From contig RDOB01000002.1 in the NCBI GenBank assembly GCA_011364965.1, positions 224,001 to 288,000 of the forward strand: a stretch of DNA of 64,000 nt, read 5' to 3'. This stretch comes from Candidatus Heimdallarchaeota archaeon. GTDB taxonomy: Archaea; Asgardarchaeota; Heimdallarchaeia; Hodarchaeales; Hodarchaeaceae. The notes beneath the pieces were generated by a model. It did not search any database. It had not been told where the DNA came from and saw only the letters and a list, made by a program, of their open reading frames with translations. Positions within the stretch are counted from its first letter, which is position 1. Every line of letters starts with the position of its first letter. Positions 9,641 to 19,521 of the stretch are shown here, piece by piece. The position numbers were made by a program, and so were the translations under genes.

Positions 9641-10987
9641 TCAGCTTCGATCGATGACTGCTTGAAGAATCCCTAAGAGTTCTTCAACATCTTCTTTTAC
9701 TACAAATCTATCTTGAGACCGATGGAGCATTGCATTTCTTCTTAGACGAATTCTTTTAAGCTCCTTATTCTCTTTGACTGTTAAAAATTTTTCTTTTAAG
9801 AGTACATTAATAATAGAAGGCCAAGATTGATCTTCTGGAAATAATTCATGCTTCCAAAGAATATTACGGAAAAGACTTTCAACTGATCTCCATAAAAACA
9901 GAAATGTAGATATTTGCTCATCAAGAGAGATTTCGTCCCAGTTTTCTAATTTCTTTCTTGTATATAATACATCTAGCTTTATGGATTCTGTTTCTTCCTC
10001 ACTTGAAACCAAATCATCAATAGCATCTGATACACCTTGTCCCAAATAGAATTGTAATTCTAATTCTTTCCGCTTATCTTCTGCAAGATCCAATTGTTCA
10101 AGTAAATTTGAATACTGCTCTTGGACTAAAGCCCTCGCTACTTCTCGTTTGGAGTACTCTCTTAATTCCTCAGTTATATGAGACTCAATTAAATCTGAAT
10201 ACAACCTGGATACCAAATCCCAATTAGCTGCTAGCTTATTACCGATTTTATCAGCCAGAGGAAATTTTCGAATAGAATCCAGCTCAACTTGCCTAGTTTT
10301 AATTCTTATATCATCTGCGTAGGTAGTATATGACAGGTTATAGCTGGTTTTGCTAATTAGAACTGCAAGCTGATTTCTAGAATGATTAAATGAGAATGCA
10401 GTGACACCAATAAAGATTAAAAAGAGGATACCAAAAAAGGCTACATTAACGGGATTAATTATTCTATCAATGTATATGAAATCAAGATCAATCGAATTAA
10501 AGTGTAAATATATAATAGTGAATAGATTTCCGATATTGATTATTCCATAAGTTGTTGAAAAAAGAAGTAAGGTCTCTGAGAAGGACAGCATTTTATCTTC
10601 TGAAGATTCACTACGTGTGAAATATGCATCAATATATCCCCTTCTAAATATATTCTTTAGTTGAGGAAGGAGAATAGCTTGAATATTTGTTCTCAGAGAC
10701 TCTTTTGTATTCGGTTCAAGATCGATCTGTTTAAGGAGGAATATTTCATCCAGATCGCTTTTCAGTGCTTCTAAATAACGTTCTTGAGCTCTAGATAAAT
10801 TAAAAAGGATATATGGACTATAAACATAAAACATAAAGGCAGGAAATAGCAAAATAATTGCTGGGATAAGATTAAAGGGAGGGGGAGCATTTCCTGGTAA
10901 AATTAATAAATAAGCTTCAATTAAACCAATTTCGTAGATAATAGGGAACAATATCCCTAATAAAAATCTATTTTCGCGCAAAGACAT
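9641..10987 (-). CDS. Multi-pass membrane protein with C-terminal HEPN-like domain
   Basis: About 4 TM helices in the N-terminal 200 aa; C-terminal LWRSVESLFR...RRNAMLH (Rx4H). Confidence 0.6.
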   Translation of the reverse strand: MSLRENRFLLGILFPIIYEIGLIEAYLLILPGNAPPPFNLIPAIILLFPAFMFYVYSPYILFNLSRAQERYLEALKSDLDEIFLLKQIDLEPNTKESLRTNIQAILLPQLKNIFRRGYIDAYFTRSESSEDKMLSFSETLLLFSTTYGIINIGNLFTIIYLHFNSIDLDFIYIDRIINPVNVAFFGILFLIFIGVTAFSFNHSRNQLAVLISKTSYNLSYTTYADDIRIKTRQVELDSIRKFPLADKIGNKLAANWDLVSRLYSDLIESHITEELREYSKREVARALVQEQYSNLLEQLDLAEDKRKELELQFYLGQGVSDAIDDLVSSEEETESIKLDVLYTRKKLENWDEISLDEQISTFLFLWRSVESLFRNILWKHELFPEDQSWPSIINVLLKEKFLTVKENKELKRIRLRRNAMLHRSQDRFVVKEDVEELLGILQAVIDRS

Positions 10988-10992
10988 CTATT

Positions 10993-12666
10993 TTAAATCC
11001 CATTTTGCCTTATGAAAGAAAAGACAAATAAGCTTATAGTCAATATTAGGTAGCTGATACATAAGATAAATATCATTACTTCATTTATTTCTGGAAAAGC
11101 GGGAGCCCAGATCACTGTTAGAATTGAGAGAACCAAAATCATCATTATGGCGATAAATATTGTCTTGGATATCACTTTTCCCTCAATTCCAATTTCATCA
11201 ATCGTAGCTGCGGCATTTTGTACTTTTGCTGGAGTAATGACACTAGCTAAGCCCCCTGCAACTCCGTTTGAGGTTCCAACTGTAATTGGATCAATTCCAA
11301 GCGTATTACTAGTTTTTACATGATACTTTGTAAACATAACAATGGAGGAAGCCTCACTACCAGATACAAATCCCCCAAAAAAGCCAATGAAAGGAACAAG
11401 GAATGGAAAAATAGTACCGAAGTTGGTGGAAGTGAAATCTGATAATATAGAAACCATATTCAAACTGGGATTATTTGGTGCGGACTGATTTAAAAGCCAA
11501 GCAACAGCAAAGAAGATAGCAGCGGATGTCATAGGACGAAATCCACGAGATTTAAAACGAGTTAGGGTCATTGTCAAGGTTTTTTTATCCGAGGGTAAGA
11601 AAATAAATGAAATAATGAGAGAAACAATCACCCAAGTATAAGCTTGCCAAAGAATGCGTGTCTTAATAACAAATTCGCCAATAGTGATAGGGAAATATAA
11701 TTCAGAGAAAAGAAAGTCGAAAACTGGAGGAATGAAGTTTGTGATGATAGCAAAAAAGACAAGAAGAATCCAAGGAGAACACGCGCGAAGTAAGGACATT
11801 GATTTTTCGATTTCTATATCATTTGGGCTAAGTGATGATCTATCAATCATCTTAAAGCCCAGAATTTTAGCATATATGCCTAGAACTACCATAACTGCTA
11901 ATCCAGAGACAATACCAGTTAAGGTAACCAAACCGAGATAATTGACAATAATAGCCATCACTCCAGCAGTAGTACCAGACAATAACGCAATCACTAATGA
12001 TAATGGTTCCTTTATCATTTTTTTCCCTCCTGCAATGAAAAGCATGGCAACTGCGATTCCCGTGGATATAATAGGCATATATATACTGAAATATACCCCT
12101 ACTTCTTGTAAAGTCGGCGCTTGCTGAACTAGTATGCCAGATGAAGCCAAAGAGCTCAGCTCTCCAGTAAATACAACCGCAGGTATTGCTAGTAGCGCAT
12201 ATGTAGTCAAAGGATCATATCCAATCGCTGGGAGTGCAACTGCAATTACAGGTGGAAAACCAAGAGCGAGCATTATTGGGGGAAGTATGGAAACTGGTGT
12301 TGCTCCAATGGCAACAAAAAAACATCCTAGACCAAAATTTAGGAATAGTATTTGCCAAGCTTGATGTGTACCTCTTAATGTTTTAATAAAAACTATTATT
12401 CTTTTTAAAGCTCCAGATTCTGACATATAAGTAATCATAAGAATTGATGCCCCTACCATGAGTGTAATCTTGAAAGAGTCAATTATTCCAGCCAAAGAGA
12501 TTACTATTATTGATTCTAGAGATGTTGACCAATAAAAAGCAAGAATAGCAATCATAATAAAAACTAATAATCCTGTTGTATCTGCTTTCCAGCGTTTGAC
12601 AACCAATAGAAAAATTGCAAGTAAAAAGGGAAAGAGAATAAGAAAAAACTGTAGAAAATTCGCCAT
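10993..12666 (-). CDS. L-lactate permease family transporter
   Basis: Polytopic protein with GFFGGFVSGSEASS and GGLASVITPAK motifs typical of LctP/LldP. Confidence 0.85.
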   Translation of the reverse strand: MANFLQFFLILFPFLLAIFLLVVKRWKADTTGLLVFIMIAILAFYWSTSLESIIVISLAGIIDSFKITLMVGASILMITYMSESGALKRIIVFIKTLRGTHQAWQILFLNFGLGCFFVAIGATPVSILPPIMLALGFPPVIAVALPAIGYDPLTTYALLAIPAVVFTGELSSLASSGILVQQAPTLQEVGVYFSIYMPIISTGIAVAMLFIAGGKKMIKEPLSLVIALLSGTTAGVMAIIVNYLGLVTLTGIVSGLAVMVVLGIYAKILGFKMIDRSSLSPNDIEIEKSMSLLRACSPWILLVFFAIITNFIPPVFDFLFSELYFPITIGEFVIKTRILWQAYTWVIVSLIISFIFLPSDKKTLTMTLTRFKSRGFRPMTSAAIFFAVAWLLNQSAPNNPSLNMVSILSDFTSTNFGTIFPFLVPFIGFFGGFVSGSEASSIVMFTKYHVKTSNTLGIDPITVGTSNGVAGGLASVITPAKVQNAAATIDEIGIEGKVISKTIFIAIMMILVLSILTVIWAPAFPEINEVMIFILCISYLILTISLFVFSFIRQNGI

Positions 12667-12707
12667 TAAGACTTATCTCCAAGGTTAATTGTTAATCTAA
12701 TAATTGG

Positions 12708-13457
12708 TTATTTTTTTACCTTTCCTTGATCTGCTACCTTTTTCATTGCTAGTTTCACTAATTCAGGATCTCCGAGATAGTAGTGTTTGAGAGGTTTGAT
12801 CTCTTTATTCAATTCATATACAAGTGGAATACCCGTTGGAATATTCAATTTTAAAATTTCATCGTTAGGTACATTATCTAAGTGCTTTACTAAAGCACGT
12901 AAACTATTTCCGTGCGCTGAAATTAGTACTTTCTTGCCAGTTTTAATAGTAGGAACAATTTCATCAAACCAATATGGTAGAACACGAGCTACGGTGTCTT
13001 GTAAACATTCTGTGAGTGGAATATCCTTTTTAGCAAGATTTTTATACTTTGGATCTATTCCAGGATATTGTATATCTGTTTCAGCAAGTGCTGGCGGTCT
13101 AATATCATAACTTCGTCTCCATATAAGTACTTGATCTTCTCCATGTTTTGCAGCAGTTTCCGCTTTATTTAATCCCTGTAAAGCTCCATAATGCCTCTCA
13201 TTCAAACGCCACGACCTTTCTACAGGAATCCACATCAAATCCATTTCATCTAGAACAATCCATAACGTACGAATAGCACGCTTCAGGACACTTGTATAAG
13301 CAATGTTAAAAGTGAATCCTTCCGATAATAACGCTTTAGCTGATGCCTTTGCTTCCTCTATTCCCCTCTCTGATAGATCCACATCAGTCCAACCTGTGAA
13401 TAATCCCTCTTTATTCCATGTTGATTCCCCGTGACGTAGTAAAACCAGTTTATACAT
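12708..13457 (-). CDS. gpmA: 2,3-bisphosphoglycerate-dependent phosphoglycerate mutase
   Basis: [32 protein letters not shown] and [10 protein letters not shown]; canonical length. Confidence 0.96.
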   Translation of the reverse strand: MYKLVLLRHGESTWNKEGLFTGWTDVDLSERGIEEAKASAKALLSEGFTFNIAYTSVLKRAIRTLWIVLDEMDLMWIPVERSWRLNERHYGALQGLNKAETAAKHGEDQVLIWRRSYDIRPPALAETDIQYPGIDPKYKNLAKKDIPLTECLQDTVARVLPYWFDEIVPTIKTGKKVLISAHGNSLRALVKHLDNVPNDEILKLNIPTGIPLVYELNKEIKPLKHYYLGDPELVKLAMKKVADQGKVKK

Positions 13458-13893
13458 GATAAATAACCCAATCCTTTAAATGAGAAACTCTTACGAATTA
13501 TTTAACAATCTTCTGAATTTAAAGCCATTGGTTTTTTCTAAACCAAATATTTATCTAATTTATTATCAAAGATTTTATCCTTCGTGAACACAAGTTGATT
13601 ATTTTGGTATCTCTTTTATGTATAATTCGTCATGGAGAGTCTGTTTGGAATAACTTAAATCTTTTTACAGGGTGGACTGATGTTTCTTTAACAGAACGTG
13701 GGAGAAAAGACTCAATTCAAGCAGCAAAACAAATAAAAGATCTTTCATTTGAAGCAGCATTTACCTCTGATTTAAAACGAGCAAATGAATCACTGCAATT
13801 GATTCTAAACTATCTTCAGATAAAGATTCCAGTAATTAGAAGTGATCGCTTGAATGAGAGGCATTATGGAGCTTTACAGGGATTGAATAAAGC
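13162..13893. repeat. 44-bp inverted repeat pair (13162-13205 and 13850-13893, 43/44 identical) inside the two gpmA genes
   Basis: TTGAATGAGAGGCATTATGGAGCTTTACAGGGATT(A/G)AATAAAGC read on opposite strands. Confidence 0.9.
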
Positions 13894-14242
13894 TGAACTC
13901 AAGCAAAAATATGGAGAAGAACAGGTTCGTATATGGAGGCGGAGTTTTGACATAAAACCTCCAGGAGAAGAAGGGGAAAGCCTGAAAGATTGTATGAACC
14001 GAACGGTTCCTTATCTCAAAAAATATATTTATCCCTACCTCCGACAGGGCAAAAATGTCTTAATGGTGGGACATGGTAACAGTTTACGATCTTTAATTAT
14101 GTTTATTGAGGGATTTAGTCCAACTCAAATTATGGATTTTGATCTTGAACTTACTACTCCTTATCTCTATTATTTTAATTCCGATTTGCTGTTAATTAAA
14201 AAGGAAATTCGACCTATTCAGGGTGCTCATCATTCTCTTTAA
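13595..14242 (+). CDS. gpmA: Second cofactor-dependent phosphoglycerate mutase (shorter paralogue)
   Basis: [29 protein letters not shown] and GHGNSLR. Confidence 0.88.
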   Translation: MIILVSLLCIIRHGESVWNNLNLFTGWTDVSLTERGRKDSIQAAKQIKDLSFEAAFTSDLKRANESLQLILNYLQIKIPVIRSDRLNERHYGALQGLNKAELKQKYGEEQVRIWRRSFDIKPPGEEGESLKDCMNRTVPYLKKYIYPYLRQGKNVLMVGHGNSLRSLIMFIEGFSPTQIMDFDLELTTPYLYYFNSDLLLIKKEIRPIQGAHHSL

Positions 14243-14682
14243 CGAATCTTAAAACGCGGTTTTCTATCCTCAAACCGTATTTTTTCAACGTATCCAAGTT
14301 CTACAAGTTCATATAAGTAGATCAATTCCGTTTTTCCTTTTCTACGGGTATATCTTGCAACCTCTCCCGCTGTGATCTCATGATTCAGCTTTTTTAGCAT
14401 ATTATAGGTTTTAAATAATTTCTTGGGCATTTCTTCAGGTTTTTTTCGTGTTTTTATCTCTTGTTTGACTTCTTTTGCGATCTTTGAGAATTTAGAAGAT
14501 TCCAACATGAAATCAACAGCTTCTTTAACTGTTATAACTTTCTTATCAGACTTCCAATATTTTTTGATATCCTTAATGATTTCCTTCGCAGGTATATGGC
14601 TATTCTCTAGAACCTGCAAAGCACTAGGTGTGATCTGAAAATTTATCTTTTCTAAACGTAGTAAAAGGTTGTTTTCAGACAT
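14239..14682 (-). CDS. Winged-helix protein with an N-terminal domain resembling the PolD DP1 N-terminus
   Basis: C-terminal ITAGEVARYTRR...IYLYELVELGYVEK wHTH; N-terminal FQITPSALQVL...VITVKEAVDF. Confidence 0.6.
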   Translation of the reverse strand: MSENNLLLRLEKINFQITPSALQVLENSHIPAKEIIKDIKKYWKSDKKVITVKEAVDFMLESSKFSKIAKEVKQEIKTRKKPEEMPKKLFKTYNMLKKLNHEITAGEVARYTRRKGKTELIYLYELVELGYVEKIRFEDRKPRFKIR

Positions 14683-14835
14683 ATTAACACCTTAATTTTT
14701 TATAATATTAAAGTCAGCTGTTTTCAAAAACATTTCCTTTCCACCAATAAAATGGGTAAAGTTAAAGTATTATTCAAGGCAAAATCTGGTGAAAAAAAGC
14801 ATTACTCGAAAAATCCTTAAGTTCAATCCGTAATT

Positions 14836-15327
14836 TTGAAGATAATAATGAATGAGTTTAAGATGATTGCAGAATCATGTCTCTATCGTAATAGAGCACA
14901 ATGTTCGTACTGGAATATCGAAACTCAGTGTCACTTTCTATCTTGTCCCTTATTTTCACTGGATATTCCAGAAGCTAATCGTTTGGCCTTAAAAAAGCAA
15001 ATTATCGATTCTGTGCAGTTTGATATTGAGGATTTTGAGAGCACATCTACTTCAATACGCGACTTAATAGATAAAGTAAGAAATAGCAATCCAGTGCAAA
15101 AATCTTCAGACAATATTCCTAGATTATCTGTTGTGGTTGAAAAACAAGTACAAAGAATGATTTGTTTTGTTTGTGGGGAAAGTATTGTTGATGATAGATA
15201 TTCTACCGTACGGGATCCGAATGGTGTGATTCTTTATTTTCATTCGAAAGGAGAGTGTATACCTCGGATAGAGAATTTAAATGGGACTAGAGAAAGATGG
15301 TTGAAGAACCGTGAATCCAATTTATGA
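14836..15327 (+). CDS. Hypothetical protein with two putative metal-binding Cys/His clusters
   Basis: N-terminal C-x7-C-x8-C-x4-C and C-terminal CFVC...FHSKGEC; the true start may be a downstream ATG. Confidence 0.6.
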   Translation: MKIIMNEFKMIAESCLYRNRAQCSYWNIETQCHFLSCPLFSLDIPEANRLALKKQIIDSVQFDIEDFESTSTSIRDLIDKVRNSNPVQKSSDNIPRLSVVVEKQVQRMICFVCGESIVDDRYSTVRDPNGVILYFHSKGECIPRIENLNGTRERWLKNRESNL

Positions 15328-15331
15328 TTTA

Positions 15332-15607
15332 TTAACTTAATTTATCGTTATTCGCGTTTTTTTTAGCAGTATAATGCTTTTGTCCCCACAGGTGAGCGCC
15401 AAATGATATTGAGATAAACGTAATACATCCTAATAAAAAAAATAACCTTTCTGAGAAATTTTTTGAAGTTAAAAAGAGAATGAAATTCAAAATGGTTAAT
15501 GTTAACGAAATTAAGAGAGTAAATATAATTATTATTGGTTTTTGATCCTTTGTATAAAGTTTCATTTCAATACTATTAAACAAAATTATCCTTTTAATCT
15601 CTGTCAA
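15332..15607 (-). CDS. Small 2-TM membrane protein
   Basis: Two hydrophobic helices; fills the gap between genes. Confidence 0.45.
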   Translation of the reverse strand: MTEIKRIILFNSIEMKLYTKDQKPIIIIFTLLISLTLTILNFILFLTSKNFSERLFFLLGCITFISISFGAHLWGQKHYTAKKNANNDKLS

Positions 15608-15664
15608 AATTGAACTAGATATTCACTGTATAATAATTTAATACTATAAGGATTGTAATAAATC

Positions 15665-17710
15665 ATGTCTATGACTAATTCTAAGAGTATTCAAGCAGAA
15701 GATTTCGTTAAGCTTTATTTTCCTAATTCTCCTGCACTCTCACCTGATGGAGGAAAATTAATTTTCTCCATAAAATCAGTGAATGAGAAAAAAAATACTT
15801 ATAGAGGCGCCCTTTATATAAAAACGAGTGCTTCAGAAGATTATATGCAATTCACTTCAGGAACTCATCTTGATACAGCTCCGCAGTTTTCTCCATCTGG
15901 GGAGTACCTTGCTTTTCTTTCTTCTCGGTCAGAAATGGGTATGCAACTCTATATCATGCCTGTGAATGGTGGAGAGGCATTTCAAATCACAAAATTTCCC
16001 AAAGGAATTCAGGGATTTAACTGGAGCCCAACTAATAACTCTATTCATGTTCTTGCACGTGTAAATGAGGAAGAACTTGAAAAAATTCAAAATCCTGAAA
16101 AAGATATTTCTCCCTCATTTGTTACAGACCCTGTGGAATTTACGGTATTCGAATCTCGTATGAAGCAAAGAGAAGAAATGAAAATCGATCCTAGAGTTAT
16201 TAAAGATGCATATTGTCGTGAACTAACTTCCTATTTGGACGGGCGTTATTCGCAGCCTTTTATCGTCCAACTACAAGGTTTTAATGCTGGAAAAAAAGGT
16301 GAAAAACCCAAAATAATTCATGCTGGTGAATTTGGATTTCATTACACCTTAGGTACTTTTAACGATAATGGAGAATATTTGTATGTATTTCGATATAAAG
16401 CCGATCCAAGTATATCTTTAACTCAGGAATTATTCAAAGTTAACCTAAAAGAACCAATGGAAATGAATTATCTACTTGATGCATATGGATGGATTCATGA
16501 TGTACATATCTCACCTGATGGTAGGTATTTATCTTTTGAGGGAATTCGGGAAGAAAAAATTGTATATGACGACACTCAGATTTTTCTCGTGGATTTAGAC
16601 GAATCAAATAAAGCAATGTGTTTAACAGAAAATTATCCAAGGTCTTCCGTATCATCTCGTTGGTTTGATGAGAAAACGTTGTTTTTTTTAAGCCCTGTTA
16701 ATGGTAAAATAAATATTTATAAAATTGATATTGAAACACATGTTGTTACTTTAGTCGTAGAAGGTGAGCGTAATATCAATTCATTTTCTGTCGGGGGGAA
16801 GAAAATTGCTTTTTCAGCTTCGCATGTAACATATCCCAGTGACATCTTTTGGTCTAATGTGGATGGATCTGAGGAAGAACGAATTACAAATGCTAATAAA
16901 GAATATTTGGAAAACCATAGTCTTTATAAATCTCATGAATTTAATTTTGAACATGATGGAGTTCAATTTCAAGGTTGGATATTAACTCCAGATAATCATG
17001 ACGGTATTACTAAACTCCCGGTCGCTTTAGAGATTCATGGTGGGCCTGCTGCAATGTGGACTCCTCATGAGTTAACAATGTGGCATGAATGGAATTGCCT
17101 CGTTTCTAAGGGTTATGCAGTAGTTTTTTGTAATCCTAGAGGATCCGATGGATATGGTTTTGAGTTTAGAGGTAGTGTACAAGCGAATTGGGGAAATTTA
17201 CCTGCTAACGATATCTTAATGGGTTTAAACATTGCTTTGAAAGATTATCAATTCCTTAATCCAAATCGTTTGGTTGTTACAGGTGGTAGTTATGGTGGGT
17301 ATATGACCGCTTGGTTGGTAACCCAAACAAATCGATTTAAAGCAGCAGTTAGTCAAAGAGGAGTTTATGAGTTCTTTGCATTTGGCATGACAACGGATAT
17401 AGCAATTTGGTTTGAGCTACAATATAAAGGGGAATTACTCGATCATTATCAAAGGATATGGAATGATCAACCCATGGCTCATATTCGTAATATTGAAACC
17501 CCTCTTCTTATAATTCATTCTGAAAACGACTTTCGTGTACCGATTGTGACAGCTGAACAATTTTTCTGGCTTGGAAAGCGTTATGGAAAAACAATTGAAC
17601 TAATTAGATATCCAAGGGATGGTCATGAGTTATCTAGGAGTGGTGAGCCAAGGCATATTATTGATCGGATAAATAAGATCATTAATTGGTTTGAAAAATA
17701 CAATAAATAA
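15665..17710 (+). CDS. S9 family peptidase (acylaminoacyl/dipeptidyl aminopeptidase-like)
   Basis: Beta-propeller SPDG repeats, IHGGP, GGSYGG nucleophile motif, DFRVP and GHELSR. Confidence 0.95.
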   Translation: MSMTNSKSIQAEDFVKLYFPNSPALSPDGGKLIFSIKSVNEKKNTYRGALYIKTSASEDYMQFTSGTHLDTAPQFSPSGEYLAFLSSRSEMGMQLYIMPVNGGEAFQITKFPKGIQGFNWSPTNNSIHVLARVNEEELEKIQNPEKDISPSFVTDPVEFTVFESRMKQREEMKIDPRVIKDAYCRELTSYLDGRYSQPFIVQLQGFNAGKKGEKPKIIHAGEFGFHYTLGTFNDNGEYLYVFRYKADPSISLTQELFKVNLKEPMEMNYLLDAYGWIHDVHISPDGRYLSFEGIREEKIVYDDTQIFLVDLDESNKAMCLTENYPRSSVSSRWFDEKTLFFLSPVNGKINIYKIDIETHVVTLVVEGERNINSFSVGGKKIAFSASHVTYPSDIFWSNVDGSEEERITNANKEYLENHSLYKSHEFNFEHDGVQFQGWILTPDNHDGITKLPVALEIHGGPAAMWTPHELTMWHEWNCLVSKGYAVVFCNPRGSDGYGFEFRGSVQANWGNLPANDILMGLNIALKDYQFLNPNRLVVTGGSYGGYMTAWLVTQTNRFKAAVSQRGVYEFFAFGMTTDIAIWFELQYKGELLDHYQRIWNDQPMAHIRNIETPLLIIHSENDFRVPIVTAEQFFWLGKRYGKTIELIRYPRDGHELSRSGEPRHIIDRINKIINWFEKYNK

Positions 17711-17740
17711 CAAATTTATTATAACAGAAGGATTAAACTA

Positions 17741-19357
17741 ATGAGTGTTAATTTTTGGCGTAGACCTCAATCTGGGAGGTCATCTGTACATGCATTGAAT
17801 GGTATAGTTGCCTCTTCTCAACCGTTAGCAAGCACCGCAGGTATTCATATGTTACAATCTGGAGGTAGTGCTTGTGATGCTGCCATCGCAATGGCCGCGA
17901 TTCTAAATGTAGTTGAACCATTTTCAACTGGTGTTGGAGGGGATGCTTTTGCGTTGATATATGAGCCAGATAATAAAATTCCTCGAGCAATCAACGGATC
18001 TGGTTGGGCTCCTTCCAATCTGACGTATTCTTATCTTTCTGAAGAGCTAGGACTTGATCAGATTCCATTAACAGGTGTACTTCCGATCACGATTCCAGGA
18101 GCAGTAAGTGCATGGTGGAAGATTCACGAAAAATATGGAAAATTATCGTGGAAAGAGCTTTTTAAGCCTGCTATTCATTATGCTCAAAATGGATATCCAG
18201 TTAGCCCATTGATAGCTCAGGTTTGGGAAGAACTAGTACCTAAGTTATTAATGCACGAAGGAGCCAAAAAAAATTATTTAATAGGAGAAGAACGAGCACC
18301 AAATGTAGGAGAAATATTTAAACAACCAGCATTGGCAAAAACATTCATAACAATTTCTAATGATGGAGTGGATGCATTTTATAAAGGTGAAATCGCTGAA
18401 CGTATAATTAACTTCATGAAAGAGCAAAATGGCTTCTTTAGCTCTTCAGATCTATCCCAGTTCGAGGCTGAATGGACTAATCCTATTTCATTAGAATGTT
18501 ATGATCATATTCTTTGGGAACATGGTCCTAATGGACAAGGTATTGTAACTCAACTCATACTAGGGATTGTAGAAGAACTAGATATCGGAAGGTATTCTCA
18601 TAATTCTGTTGACTACTTTCATATATTAGTTGAAGCTAAAAAAATGGCGTTTTCAGACGCTTATGCTCATCTCTCCGATCCCAAAACCATGAAAAAATCC
18701 ATTTCTGATTTACTATCAGAGGAATATTTCCAAACTCGTGCCAGTCAAATTAATCCATTGCGAGCAGCTAAAGACATTCCATTCCCTCTGGAATTAGGTC
18801 AAGATACTGTTTATCTTACCGCAGCAGATAATGATGGATATGCAATATCGTTTATTAATTCCTTATTTTATGGATTTGGGTCAGGGGTGGTAGATCCAGA
18901 AACAGGCATTAGTTTTCAGAATCGTGGCGCAGGATTTACCTTGGAAAAGGGTCATCCTAACCAATATTCTCCAAGAAAACGTCCTTTTCATACAATTATC
19001 CCAGGAATGATAACATCTACCAATGGAGATCTTCTTTATTCCTTTGGAGTAATGGGAGGTCATCATCAACCTCAAGGGCAAGCTCAGGTCTTCTTAAATG
19101 CAATTTTATTTGATTTCGATCCCCAAGCAGCGTTATCCAGCCCAAGATTCCATCATGAACAATCTAATAATACTTTAGCTATTGAGGATCCCATAGAAAT
19201 TGGGATTAGAGCAAAATTAAGAAAAAGAGGCCATTCAATTGTCGATTGTGTTGGTACAAATTTTGGTGGAGGTCAAATGATTAAATATGATCCAGATAAT
19301 TATAGCTTCTGTGCCGGTTCTGATCCAAGAAAAGATGGATCAGCACAAGGTTATTAA
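17741..19357 (+). CDS. ggt: Gamma-glutamyltransferase
   Basis: VVEPFSTGVGGDAF, DTVYLTAAD (Thr nucleophile), RPFHTIIP, GVMGG and GSDPRKDG. Confidence 0.95.
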   Translation: MSVNFWRRPQSGRSSVHALNGIVASSQPLASTAGIHMLQSGGSACDAAIAMAAILNVVEPFSTGVGGDAFALIYEPDNKIPRAINGSGWAPSNLTYSYLSEELGLDQIPLTGVLPITIPGAVSAWWKIHEKYGKLSWKELFKPAIHYAQNGYPVSPLIAQVWEELVPKLLMHEGAKKNYLIGEERAPNVGEIFKQPALAKTFITISNDGVDAFYKGEIAERIINFMKEQNGFFSSSDLSQFEAEWTNPISLECYDHILWEHGPNGQGIVTQLILGIVEELDIGRYSHNSVDYFHILVEAKKMAFSDAYAHLSDPKTMKKSISDLLSEEYFQTRASQINPLRAAKDIPFPLELGQDTVYLTAADNDGYAISFINSLFYGFGSGVVDPETGISFQNRGAGFTLEKGHPNQYSPRKRPFHTIIPGMITSTNGDLLYSFGVMGGHHQPQGQAQVFLNAILFDFDPQAALSSPRFHHEQSNNTLAIEDPIEIGIRAKLRKRGHSIVDCVGTNFGGGQMIKYDPDNYSFCAGSDPRKDGSAQGY

Positions 19358-19521
19358 AAACAGGATTGGAAAAATCATTTCGTTTTTCTATGTCCTTGGG
19401 TTTATTTTCAAGTCATTTAAAGCCTTCCAACGATCTTGCTGAGACACGACTGAAGTTTTTTAAGTACATGAATTATCTAACCTATAAAAATTCAAATTTC
19501 TAGAATTTTGGTAGAAAATCA

